Below, in pieces: positions 1 through 8,747 of a stretch of DNA of 49,562 nucleotides. Made by a program: the position numbers and the translations under genes. The stretch comes from Deinococcota bacterium (GTDB taxonomy: Bacteria > Deinococcota > Deinococci > Deinococcales > Thermaceae), in the NCBI GenBank assembly GCA_041695225.1, contig JBGFRI010000022.1, forward strand, positions 1 to 49,562, given 5' to 3'. The notes beneath the pieces are model-generated. The model saw nothing but the letters and a program-made list of their open reading frames with translations, made no database searches and was not told the origin of the DNA. Each line of letters opens with the position of its first letter. Position 1 is the stretch's first letter.

Positions 1-106
1 TTTCCCTCTAACACCAGTAAGCTTCGCTTCCTCTGGAATGGCATATCTGGCTCCTTTGTTACTGCCATAATGCCATAAACCGAACAGATATTGCAACGTT
101 ATATTA
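1..106 (-). mobile_element. Possible left end of an IS630-family element with transposase start (MPFQRKRSLLVLEG...) running off the window
   Basis: Minus strand reads TA|ATATAACGTTGCAAT..., then AAGGAG RBS and ATG at 44. The N-terminus and TA-flanked end resemble IS630 elements from memory; only 14 codons are visible. Confidence 0.35.
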
Positions 107-300
107 TGAACGATCTACTAGCCCAGCCGGCCGTGCTAGCAGCCTAAAGCTGGGTTTGGCCCAATGCAGACTAGCAAGCTTGCGACCGTTGCCGAAGGTT
201 TGTGCCGGGAAGCCGATGGGAGAGCCTGCGAGATCACAGCAGGGGTGGCAGGATGCCGTAAAGCAAATGCGCCAGTGGTCGCGGTAGGAGCGCAAAAGAG

Positions 301-424
301 CGTCGTTCTCCACGCGAGGAGGCCAGAGGCCGACGAAGCAATCCACGAGAGGCTAACAAGCCCATCTAGCCGCCGGGGTGATCTGGATTGCTTCCCCTTC
401 GACAGGCTCAGGGTCGCAACGACG
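301..424. repeat. REP-like composite palindrome (GAAGCAATCC...GGATTGCTTC family), inverted copy of 8574-8680
   Basis: GCGAGGAGGCCAGAGGCCGACGAAGCAATCC...CCGGGGTGATCTGGATTGCTTC matches the reverse complement of 8574-8680. It also carries CCCTTCGACAGGCTCAGGG (395-413). Confidence 0.8.
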
Positions 425-555
425 TGCTTTTATTCCCGAGTGTTTTGCCCCCATTCCCCCACTGCGAGAGGGCCACAGGCCCCATTCCTCGTCATTAACC
501 CTGTCAGTAGCTTTAGCTTCGCTGAGATAAGCTGCTGCTGGCATAATTGAAGCCT

Positions 556-1188
556 ATGCTCCCAGACCCTCGCAACGACTACACCTATGGCAGCCTTAGC
601 GAGCAAAGCGCCAACCCCAACCCCATAAAGCAGTTTGAATACTGGCTTTTAGAAGCAATCGAGGCCCAGCTGTATGAGCCCCACGGCATTACCCTAGCTA
701 CGGTAGGCCGAGACGGACGGCCCAGCAGCCGGGTGGTGCTGTTACGTGGGCTAGACGAGCGAGGGCTGGTGTTTTTTAGCAACTACCAAAGCCGCAAGGG
801 ACGCGAAATAGCCGCTCACCCCTGGGCCAGCCTCAACTCCTGGTGGCCCCCCTTGGAACGGCAGGTACGTATAGAAGGCCGGGTCGAGCAGGTCGAGCCC
901 GAGCTCTCCGACGCCTATTTTGCCAGTCGTCCTTACCAGAGCCAGGTAGCGGCCTGGGCTAGCCCACAGAGTGAGGTTATAAACGGCCGTGAGGAGCTAA
1001 AGCAGCGAGTCCAGCAGATCATGGCCCGTTTTCCAGACCAGGTGCCCCGTCCGCCCTACTGGGGTGGGTTTAGGCTGAAGCCAGACTACTTTGAGTTCTG
1101 GCAGGGCCGGTCCAACCGCCTGCATGACCGACTGGCTTACCGCCTTAGGTCCGGCGGAGACTGGCAGATCGAGCGGCTGGCCCCCTGA
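556..1188 (+). CDS. pdxH: Pyridoxamine 5'-phosphate oxidase
   Basis: PSSRVVLLR, NYQSRKG, ERQVRIEG, YFASRP, EFWQGR and RLHDR motifs. ATG 556 preferred over TTG 547. Confidence 0.95.
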   Translation: MLPDPRNDYTYGSLSEQSANPNPIKQFEYWLLEAIEAQLYEPHGITLATVGRDGRPSSRVVLLRGLDERGLVFFSNYQSRKGREIAAHPWASLNSWWPPLERQVRIEGRVEQVEPELSDAYFASRPYQSQVAAWASPQSEVINGREELKQRVQQIMARFPDQVPRPPYWGGFRLKPDYFEFWQGRSNRLHDRLAYRLRSGGDWQIERLAP

Positions 1189-1429
1189 GCCGGATTACAC
1201 TAATTTAGTGCCTCACCGGGCGCAGAGCGTGCAGGCTAGCTAGCTACAAGTTCCCAGGCCAGGGGATTTGAGGAACAAGTTACAAACCGGGCATAACCCA
1301 TTCGGCGAAACATTAAGGGTTACGTTACGTCTACAATAGAAAATTGCTCCAGAAATAGCTTCAAGATTAAGTTAACACATCCCCATCTTACCATTTGATT
1401 TGGCCGCCCTGGAGTAGGATACAGCCCGG

Positions 1430-2266
1430 ATGACAGAGACAGAAAAAGCCACTCTAAACTACCAAAACAAAACTATCCGCTATACCATCCGCCGCAGCTC
1501 CCACCGACGGACGGTGGGAATTACCATTGATGCCCAGGGTGTACGGGTCGCTGCACCAAAACGAATGCCCCTAGATCAAGTGATTGCGCTGGTAAACACC
1601 AAGGCCCGATGGATTGCCGACAAGCACACCATATTTAGCAGCCGCATGATGCCGCGAAAACGCTTTGTCAGCGGGGAAGAGTTTTTGTATCTGGGCCGCC
1701 GTGTTAGCCTTCAGATACAGTCCGAGAAAGACCCCCATGCGCAGCGTTTGGGCAAAACTGGCAGGTCGCGCTCGTCGCTTCAGCCCGGGCTATTTGATTT
1801 CGAGTTTCCAAGCTCTGATGCTCCCGCTCAGGGCCGGCTACGCCCCCAGGCTGCGGTGGCCCTTAAGGGTACCGTTTTGCATGTGCAGGCCAGTCTGTCC
1901 TCGGTAAAGAGCACCAAGGAAGTGCGGGAGATACTGGAGGGCTGGTACCAGGCCCGCGCCAAAGAGGTCATCCTGCGACGGGTTGAGCACTATGCCGAGC
2001 AGTTAAACTGGAAGATGCCCAGGGTGCTGATCCGCAACCAGAAAAAGCGCTGGGGGAGCTGCAATGCCAAAGGCGAGCTGCGTTTCAACTGGCGGCTGGT
2101 GATGATGCCCCTGCGGGTGCTGGATTATGTGGTAGTGCACGAGATGGCCCACCTGAAGGTGCTCAACCACAGCCCTCGTTTCTGGCGCCTGGTTGAAGAA
2201 ATAATGCCCGACTACAGGTCTCGCCACCAGGCCCTGCACGAACTCGGGGCGGGTCTGTACTGGTAG
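1430..2266 (+). CDS. YgjP/DUF45 (M48/SprT-like) zinc metalloprotease family protein
   Basis: QKKRWGSCN, RFNWRL, DYVVVHEMAH (HExxH) and NHSPRFW motifs. Confidence 0.9.
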   Translation: MTETEKATLNYQNKTIRYTIRRSSHRRTVGITIDAQGVRVAAPKRMPLDQVIALVNTKARWIADKHTIFSSRMMPRKRFVSGEEFLYLGRRVSLQIQSEKDPHAQRLGKTGRSRSSLQPGLFDFEFPSSDAPAQGRLRPQAAVALKGTVLHVQASLSSVKSTKEVREILEGWYQARAKEVILRRVEHYAEQLNWKMPRVLIRNQKKRWGSCNAKGELRFNWRLVMMPLRVLDYVVVHEMAHLKVLNHSPRFWRLVEEIMPDYRSRHQALHELGAGLYW

Positions 2267-2310
2267 CCCCGGCCCGGTCGCACCAGGGCCGTAAGCACAT
2301 TGTTCGGGGC

Positions 2311-2349
2311 AAGCAGTAAGAAGGTCGGGGATTACCTTTTCTTTGCTTA
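2311..2349. terminator. Probable bidirectional terminator hairpin between convergent genes
   Basis: AAGCA..AAGAAGGT / ACCTTTTC..TGCTT imperfect inverted repeat between stops at 2266 and 2360. Confidence 0.45.
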
Positions 2350-2359
2350 CGCGGCAATT

Positions 2360-3559
2360 TTATCTCGCGGCCTCGGCTTTGCGCTGCGCCTCTTCTAAAG
2401 CCTGACGGGCGGGGACATTGCCCTTGAGCGCTTTTTCCAGGGCTTCCTCCAGGAAGTTGCGCCAGACCACAAACTGCGGTACCCGGGGCCTCGGCTGGGC
2501 TACCGCTACCTGTTCGAAGGCCACCCGCCGGTAGGGGTTTTCGCGGTAGAAGCTCTCGAGCAAAGGAGTAGCCGATTTACGCAGTGGCACATAGTAACTG
2601 GCTTCTACCCAGGTCTTGATGTTCTGGGGTTCCATCAGAAAGCGCCAGAACTCAAAAGCCCCGCGCTGCTGCTCCGGACTGGCCCCGCGCAGCACCACCA
2701 GCTGCGCCCCGCCCAGGGGTACCCGCCCACCCGGCTCCCGCGGTATGGGGGCTACCCCCAGCCTGAAGGCAAAGGTGGCGTTTTCGGCGGCCGGCCAGTT
2801 GGCAATGGAAGCAAAGACCATCATGCCCCTGGTGCGGATAAAATCGGTCTGGGCAAAAAAGGCCTGGGCCAGGTTGCGGACACTGGTCTGACCATTGCGC
2901 CCAAGCCGCTGCAAAAACTCCAGGGTCTCCACCACCTCGCGCGAGGTGAAGTTGGGGCGTCCGTCGGGCGTAACCAGGCTGCCGCCCCGGCTGGTTACCT
3001 GGGCCTCGAAGGTCCAGGACTCGGCTAAGGCTATAAATCCCCTGGCAGTGCGGCTGGTTAGTCTCTGGGCGGCTAGCTCAAACTCTTGCCAGTTGGTCGG
3101 CGGTCTCAGGCCTCGAGCCCGCATCTGGTCTGCATTGAAGAAGAGCACCGGGGTAGAGGTGTTGAAGGGCAGGCCAAAGCGTCGGTTGTTGACCAGACCA
3201 TACTCCCAGGCAGCCTCGAATAAGTCTTCGGTGAAGGCTCGGGGCAGGGCATTGGCAAACTCGTCCAGCGGCAGAGCCACCCCCTCGGCCACCAGGCGTG
3301 GAAACAGAAGAATTTCGGCCTGGAACAGTACCGGTGCACCACCTGCCCGCAGCGCAGCCAGCAGCCGGGTCTCACCCTCGCGGTAGTCGCCAATCAGGCG
3401 CGGCGTCACCCGGAAGTTGCGCTGCGAAGCATTAAAGTTGCTGGCAAACTGCGCGATCACCCGCTCGGCAGGGCCATCCATACTGTGCCAGAACGAAATT
3501 TCGGTCTGGGCCGAGGCCAGCCCAGTAAACAAGATCAAAGATGCTAGCAGGCGTTTCAC
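2360..3559 (-). CDS. ABC transporter substrate-binding protein (family 1, UgpB-like)
   Basis: Signal peptide ending ASAQ, FWH start, GLPFNTSTPVLFFN motif, GGAGG RBS. Paralog of 18553-19758. Confidence 0.9.
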   Translation of the reverse strand: MKRLLASLILFTGLASAQTEISFWHSMDGPAERVIAQFASNFNASQRNFRVTPRLIGDYREGETRLLAALRAGGAPVLFQAEILLFPRLVAEGVALPLDEFANALPRAFTEDLFEAAWEYGLVNNRRFGLPFNTSTPVLFFNADQMRARGLRPPTNWQEFELAAQRLTSRTARGFIALAESWTFEAQVTSRGGSLVTPDGRPNFTSREVVETLEFLQRLGRNGQTSVRNLAQAFFAQTDFIRTRGMMVFASIANWPAAENATFAFRLGVAPIPREPGGRVPLGGAQLVVLRGASPEQQRGAFEFWRFLMEPQNIKTWVEASYYVPLRKSATPLLESFYRENPYRRVAFEQVAVAQPRPRVPQFVVWRNFLEEALEKALKGNVPARQALEEAQRKAEAAR

Positions 3560-3949
3560 TCTCTCCTCCTGTGGGCAGATCTATTCTACGCACAAATAGA
3601 AAACCATCCACCCATCAGAGGGGGGTCAGGGCTCACCCGGCAAGTATGTTTCGGGCGTAAGCGACGGTCCAACTACTCTGCGAGGTAAGGGACATTCTGC
3701 CCCGGGTCTAGCGGCTAGAATAGTGATGCCGGGAACTTATCCTGGACAACACAAGCCCTGTTCCAGAGTTTAGACAAGTGGGGTTTTGTGGTGAAGGACG
3801 CAACAACTCGAGGTTTTGAGATCCCGGGTTGTTCGGTCATACCTACTCAGCTAGTGGTGCAAGGGCGGGCACTTCAGGCAACGAAGGCCCATGTGGCGAT
3901 CACCCGGTCTTGGCAGGCTTAGCGCGGGCATTCGAGGAGGCTTGAGAAA

Positions 3950-4849
3950 ATGTACAAGCACATTTTGATTCCTACCGATGGCAGCGAGTGCAGCCAGTCC
4001 GCGCTCGAGGTTGGGCTGGCCCTGGCCGTCCGCCTGGGCGCTTCGGTTCGCTTGCTCAATGTACTGGAGCCTGGTGATGAGCCCCTGGAAGCCGGTCTAC
4101 CTACTCGGCAAACTCTGTTGCGCAATATTGCTCGTCACCACGGCAAGCTGGCCCTGGAGCAGGGCGCAGAGCTGGCCCAGAAACACCACCTGACCTTTCA
4201 GACCCGCCAGCCCTCGGGCTGGCCCGAGCAGGTGATTCTGGAGCAGGCCGAAGACTGCGACCTGGTGGTGATGGGCACCCACGGGCGGGCCGGGCTGGAC
4301 CGCTGGATCATGGGCTCGGTGGCCCAGGCCGTGGTGGCCAAAAGCAGCAGACCGGTGCTGGTGGTGCATGCCCAGGCCAAAGCCAGCCCCGAGCCCCCGC
4401 GCGACTTTGCCCGCATTCTGATCGCCACCGATGGCAGCGAGTGCAGCCAGGGCGCCTTGCAGCATGGCCTGGCCCTGGCCAAGGCCCTTGACGCCCAGGC
4501 AACCCTGCTGCTGGCATCCGAATATTCCTTTCATTATCTGGAGCCTGCGCTCACCATGAGCCCCGAGCTTGACCAGCTCGAGCGCCGCCTGCACCGCTGG
4601 GGCGAGGAGGTGCTGGCCGAGGCCCAGGCCCAGGCCCAGCAAGAGGGGCTCTCTGTTCAGACCAGGCTGGTCAAGGGCAAGCCTTTGCCGTGCATTCTGG
4701 CCGAGGCGCCCAAACACGACCTGGTGGTGATGGGCACGCATGGACGCAGCGGCTGGAACAAAATCGCTCTGGGGTCGGTCTCCGAAGGGGTGGTGCGCCG
4801 CAGCGCTACCCCGGTGCTGGTGGTTCCGGCTCGTTGCATGGCTGGGTAA
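3950..4849 (+). CDS. Tandem-domain universal stress protein
   Basis: Two IL(I)xTDGS...DLVVMGTHGR...GSV USP domains; GGAGG RBS. Confidence 0.95.
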   Translation: MYKHILIPTDGSECSQSALEVGLALAVRLGASVRLLNVLEPGDEPLEAGLPTRQTLLRNIARHHGKLALEQGAELAQKHHLTFQTRQPSGWPEQVILEQAEDCDLVVMGTHGRAGLDRWIMGSVAQAVVAKSSRPVLVVHAQAKASPEPPRDFARILIATDGSECSQGALQHGLALAKALDAQATLLLASEYSFHYLEPALTMSPELDQLERRLHRWGEEVLAEAQAQAQQEGLSVQTRLVKGKPLPCILAEAPKHDLVVMGTHGRSGWNKIALGSVSEGVVRRSATPVLVVPARCMAG

Positions 4850-4860
4850 GGAGGTGGGCA

Positions 4861-5181
4861 GTGTATTACTGGAAGTTCAGCGACGGCACTACAGTGTACA
4901 GCCAGGTGCGGGTAGATGGTCAGAGCCCCTTTGCCGAGCATCTGCGGCGTGAGCTCTTCTGCCTGGCCTATGGGTGTGGTCCACTGGTCTGGCTGGATGT
5001 GCGGGGCCATGCGGTAGAGCTGGACGCCACCAACGACCCATTACTGGCGCTGTGGTTGGAACAAGAAGCTAGGCTGTATGGCCTTGGGCTGGTCGAGACC
5101 AATTTCAATACCACTGCGCATCCCCCTCTCGAGCCGAACGGGGTCAACGGGGGGAACCATGGTCGAGCTGCAACCGATTGA
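4861..5181 (+). CDS. Hypothetical protein (MYYWKFSDG..., 106 aa)
   Basis: AAGGAGG right after the USP stop, GTG at 4861, overlaps the next gene start. Confidence 0.65.
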   Translation: MYYWKFSDGTTVYSQVRVDGQSPFAEHLRRELFCLAYGCGPLVWLDVRGHAVELDATNDPLLALWLEQEARLYGLGLVETNFNTTAHPPLEPNGVNGGNHGRAATD

Positions 5182-5581
5182 CGACCGCCGCTGGCGGGCC
5201 ATCTTTACCCTGCCACGGGGCCTGGTTGCCCAGAAAGCGGCTGTGGTGGGTGAGTTTATGGATGAGTCGTGGCACCCGGGTGGGCTGGCCCTGGTCCAGG
5301 GCACCGATGGGCGCTGGCGGGTGGAGGTCGAGGTAGAGGCCGGAGAAACCTACCAGTTTCGCTACCTGGTGGATGAGTGCCACTGGTACAACGACGATAC
5401 CTGCCCCCTGGTTCCCAACGGCTTTGGCAGCCAGAACAGCCTGCTGCTGGTGCCAGGGCAGGACAATTCTCCCTTGCCAGCGCTGCCCCAGGCGGCTAGC
5501 ATGGAAGCGAAAGAAGGGAAGTCGGTAGCCGGTGCCCTTCTTCTAGCCTCAGCGGCGCCTTCCAAAAGAATGGGTCGCTGA
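5159..5581 (+). CDS. Isoamylase early-set / CBM48-like glycogen-binding domain protein
   Basis: VVGEF..W, GRWRVEV, YQFRYLVD..WYND and NGFGSQNS pattern. Confidence 0.8.
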   Translation: MVELQPIDDRRWRAIFTLPRGLVAQKAAVVGEFMDESWHPGGLALVQGTDGRWRVEVEVEAGETYQFRYLVDECHWYNDDTCPLVPNGFGSQNSLLLVPGQDNSPLPALPQAASMEAKEGKSVAGALLLASAAPSKRMGR

Positions 5582-5597
5582 GGCTTTTTTGGAGGCG

Positions 5598-5846
5598 ATG
5601 ATGAAAACCCTGACCCTTAAAGAAGCTGCAAAGGAGTTGAAGGTCCCTTACTCCTGGCTGCGGGCTTTATGCGACCAGGGGCGTGTCCCGGAGGCCCGCC
5701 GGGTGGCGCGGGGCTGGCGGCCCGAGCGCTGGCTGATTACAATGGAAGACGACCATACCATTCATGTCCTGCCCCCGCACCACTGGCACAACCGGGAGGT
5801 ACGGGTGCTGGACTCGGCGCAAGCGCAGTGGAGGAGGGAAGAATGA
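5598..5846 (+). CDS. Small excisionase/MerR-like HTH protein
   Basis: LTLKEAAKELKVPYSWLRALCDQGRVP...W pattern; GGAGG RBS; ATGA overlap with the DegV gene. Confidence 0.7.
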   Translation: MMKTLTLKEAAKELKVPYSWLRALCDQGRVPEARRVARGWRPERWLITMEDDHTIHVLPPHHWHNREVRVLDSAQAQWRREE

Positions 5847-6682
5847 AAACGGCCATTGTTAGTGACACCACCCTGGGGCTTACACCCCAGGAAGCCCTGC
5901 AGCAAGAGATTCACCTTTTGCCTGCGCTGATCATGATGGATGGCAAGGCCTACCGCGACTACCTCGAGATCCAGCCCGCCGAGGTTATCCAGGCGCTGCA
6001 GGCCGGCAAGCACCTGACCACCAGCCACGCTAACCCCGCCGACTACCAGGCCCTCTACGAACAGCTCTTGCAGACCCACGACCGGGTGCTCTCGGTGCAC
6101 CCTTCCGCCAAACTTTCGGGTTTCGTGGCTACCGGCCAGATGATCGCCAAGGAGTTTGGGGGCCGGGTGCAGGTGCTGGACTCGTTGTCGGTCAATGCCG
6201 GTATGGGTTATGTGCTGGAGGAAGCCCGGCGCAGGCTGGCCGAGGGGGTGAGCTGGGAGGGCCTCGAGGCCGCCATCGCCCCGTACCGCGCCAGGGTAAG
6301 GGGTCTGATTCTGCCGGCCACTCTAGAGTATCTCAAGCGAAGCGGCCGGGTCACGGGCCTGCGCTTCTTACTGGGTAGTCTCTTGAAGGTGCTGCCCATC
6401 CTGGAGTTTAAGGAAGGAATGGCCCAGCCAGTAGAGCGGGTGCGCGGCTTCCACAAAGGGCTAGTGGAGCTGGCTCAACGCTTTCGCACCGCCTTTCCAA
6501 ACGGAGCCAGGGTGACCATAGCCCATGTGGAAAACCCCCAGGCAGTAAAGGAGCTTGGCGACCTGATCAAGAGTGAAGGGGTGGTGCTGGAAGGGGTGCG
6601 CCATGTCGGAGCGGGGGTTACGGTTCATGCCGGCCCTGGCGCAGTGGGGCTGTTTGCCGCCCCGCTAAAGCCCGTAGCCTGA
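5843..6682 (+). CDS. DegV family fatty-acid-binding protein
   Basis: MKTAIVSDTT, TTS, SAKLSG, LEYLKRSGR and VHAGPGAVG motifs; ATG coupled to the upstream stop. Confidence 0.92.
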   Translation: MKTAIVSDTTLGLTPQEALQQEIHLLPALIMMDGKAYRDYLEIQPAEVIQALQAGKHLTTSHANPADYQALYEQLLQTHDRVLSVHPSAKLSGFVATGQMIAKEFGGRVQVLDSLSVNAGMGYVLEEARRRLAEGVSWEGLEAAIAPYRARVRGLILPATLEYLKRSGRVTGLRFLLGSLLKVLPILEFKEGMAQPVERVRGFHKGLVELAQRFRTAFPNGARVTIAHVENPQAVKELGDLIKSEGVVLEGVRHVGAGVTVHAGPGAVGLFAAPLKPVA

Positions 6683-6752
6683 GCGAACCGGGGCGGCTCT
6701 GGCTACAACTCTGCTTCTGTCCAATCACCAGGCCAGACAGGCCGGGGAGGTC

Positions 6753-7331
6753 TTGGCGCGGGCCTTTCAACAAGACCCGCTCTATACCCATGCCATCCCC
6801 GACGAAAGCCGACGGGCCCGCCTGCTACCCCAGCACTTTGCTGGACTGGTGCGCTATGGTCTTTTATGTGGTCGGGTCTACACCAATCTCGGCCTGGGCG
6901 GGGTAGCGGTCTGGCTTGGCCCAGGGCCAGCAGGTGCTGGCCTCCGGCAAGCCTGGGGCGTGCTAAAAAGTGGTCTCTGGCAGAGCGCCTTCCTATTTAG
7001 CTGGACAGAACTGCGGCGCCTGATAGCCTTCGCACTGTTCTGTGAGCGATTACACCGTAAAAACATGCGTGAAGCCCACTGGCATCTGCTGATCCTGGGG
7101 GTAGACCCCGCCCGGCAGGGCCAGGGAATTGCCCACCAGCTGCTACAGCCAGTGTTGCAAGAGGCCGATGCCTGGGGCCTGCCCTGCTACCTCGAGACCA
7201 CCCTCGAGCGCAACCTGGTCTTTTACACCCGATACCATTTCGAGCTATTAGCGGAAGGCCAGGTTACAAAAGGCGGACCGTACTGCTGGGCCATGCGGCG
7301 ACCTCCGGCTTCTCCACGGCAACAAACCTGA
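6753..7331 (+). CDS. GNAT family N-acetyltransferase (start may be up to ~20 codons earlier)
   Basis: LGVDPARQGQGIA acetyl-CoA motif A, CYLET, NLVFY. Frame is open back to 6678. Confidence 0.85.
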   Translation: MARAFQQDPLYTHAIPDESRRARLLPQHFAGLVRYGLLCGRVYTNLGLGGVAVWLGPGPAGAGLRQAWGVLKSGLWQSAFLFSWTELRRLIAFALFCERLHRKNMREAHWHLLILGVDPARQGQGIAHQLLQPVLQEADAWGLPCYLETTLERNLVFYTRYHFELLAEGQVTKGGPYCWAMRRPPASPRQQT

Positions 7332-7555
7332 CCGATGTACGTACGCCCAGCCACCGAAGGGGGTCTGAGACCAAATCTAGCTAGCCTGATTTCCCTTTTA
7401 GCGTGGCGTGGCCTTTTTGGAGAGGCCTGGCCTCCATAACTGCTCTTGCCAGATGAAGGTTTGCTAGAAGACCAGCCAAGGCTAAGTGTTCGTATACCGT
7501 TGTTATCACCAGGTTCGGGGCCGTAAGGCAGATTTTGAGTGTGCCAATAAAGAAC

Positions 7556-7581
7556 ATGGTGGCCTTGTTTCTGGCCACCAT
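7556..7581 (-). terminator. Intrinsic terminator of the DUF4397 gene
   Basis: ATGGTGGCC/GGCCACCAT 9-bp stem followed on the minus strand by GTTCTTT, just past the stop. Confidence 0.7.
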
Positions 7582-7608
7582 TCTGCAAATGTGGTGCCGG
7601 CGTAACAG

Positions 7609-8268
7609 CTACCTGTCAACAGTTACGACAACACCGAGGGGCTGGGCCTGAGTGCCTCCAACAGCGAAGACGGTGTAAACCCGGCCAGCTTCCAAGACCA
7701 CATTGTTGAGCGGCAGCGCCACGGTGGCGGTTCCGGCTGCACGCACGTCGAAGTTGTATGCGCCAGCGGGCACTGTCAGATAGGTCGAAGCCCTGGGGAA
7801 AGCCAGGTTGGGTACCACCACTGCACCACCGCGAACCGCCACATCAACCGCCGGAGCGGTGGGCGAGGCGTGCACCACGCGGATAGCGGCCTGGCCAGCA
7901 GCCAGGGTGGGCAACACGTCTTCAAAGATGGTGGCCTCAAGCCTGGGCTGGTTGCCGGTAGGGTTGAGCAGGCCGGTAGCCGCAATGGTATACATCCTGC
8001 CAGCCACAGTGGTGGCTCGAGCCTCAATCACGCGAGGGGTGGTAGCTCCTGCAGGAACCACCCAGACCGTAATTTCTCCGGCCTGAACCGCCAGGTAGCT
8101 GCTAACTGCCCTGAAGGCCACGTTTTGCACAGCGCGCACGCCGTTTACCCAGACGTCCACCGCAGGTGCGTCGGGAGAGAGGTGAGCCACCCGCACCATT
8201 GCAGTGTTGCCCTGAGCCAAGCCAAAACCAATAGCCAGCATAACCAGAAGCGCCAGTAACTTCTTCAT
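7609..8268 (-). CDS. Secreted DUF4397 domain protein
   Basis: MKKLLALL signal peptide; two repeats VRVAHLSPDAPAVDV and IRVVHASPTAPAVDV; GGAGG RBS before ATG 8268. Confidence 0.88.
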   Translation of the reverse strand: MKKLLALLVMLAIGFGLAQGNTAMVRVAHLSPDAPAVDVWVNGVRAVQNVAFRAVSSYLAVQAGEITVWVVPAGATTPRVIEARATTVAGRMYTIAATGLLNPTGNQPRLEATIFEDVLPTLAAGQAAIRVVHASPTAPAVDVAVRGGAVVVPNLAFPRASTYLTVPAGAYNFDVRAAGTATVALPLNNVVLEAGRVYTVFAVGGTQAQPLGVVVTVDR

Positions 8269-8417
8269 ACGGTTCCTCCCACTGCACCCAGGGCCCAAGG
8301 CCCTGCAGTCAGGTCTGAGTGGCTGTGGATCTCGGAAGGCCTCGAGTCTCGCTAAACCCTGGTATCTGAGTCCGACCCACTGCAACGCCACCAAACCCTG
8401 TGCGACGTTACTATAAG

Positions 8418-8466
8418 TGTAGAAGAGTGGTACAATATATGTATAGGTTACGTTCAGATCTGTAGA
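8418..8466 (-). promoter_or_regulatory. Putative CarH/LitR-type operator (tandem 11-bp repeats TnnAC(A))
   Basis: Plus strand TGTAGA 8418, GGTACA 8429, TGTATA 8440, CGTTCA 8451 (exact 11-bp period), TGTAGA 8461, in an AT-rich patch upstream of DUF4397. Confidence 0.55.
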
Positions 8467-8490
8467 GTACGCAAGACATCGAAACGAAAA

Positions 8491-8747
8491 AGTTTTCCAT
8501 GAGCTGCACGCACCCATAGCGACGAAAGCCAAAGGGGTTTCTTAGTAGGCCTCCTTGCAATGGAATGGTTTTTCCGTCATTGCGAGCGGAGCGAAGCAAT
8601 CCAGATCACCCCGGTGGCCAAAGTGCGTTCGCGCTCCTTCTGGATTGCTTCGTCGGCCTTTGGCCTCCTCGCAATGACGGGGGGAGTGAGTTTTTCATCA
8701 GCCCCGCGCACCCGTGGGGACGGAAACATTAGGGAGTTTCTTGGTAG
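8491..8747. repeat. Direct-repeat-flanked palindromic cassette, copy 1 (L 8491-8548, REP core 8574-8680, R 8686-8747)
   Basis: L and R match L and R at 28821-29096; core is a CCGTCATTGCGAG...CTCGCAATGACGG palindrome. Confidence 0.8.

Noticed and set aside
104..550. ORFs 104..346, 164..550 and 353..544
   Set aside because: They run through the REP-like palindrome and show no protein motifs.
8686..8747. Hammerhead ribozyme in the ~60-bp repeats (minus strand has GAAAC...GTC...CTGATGA)
   Set aside because: CTGATGA occurs in only one of four copies (others CTCATGG, CTAAGA), and stems II and III do not form properly.
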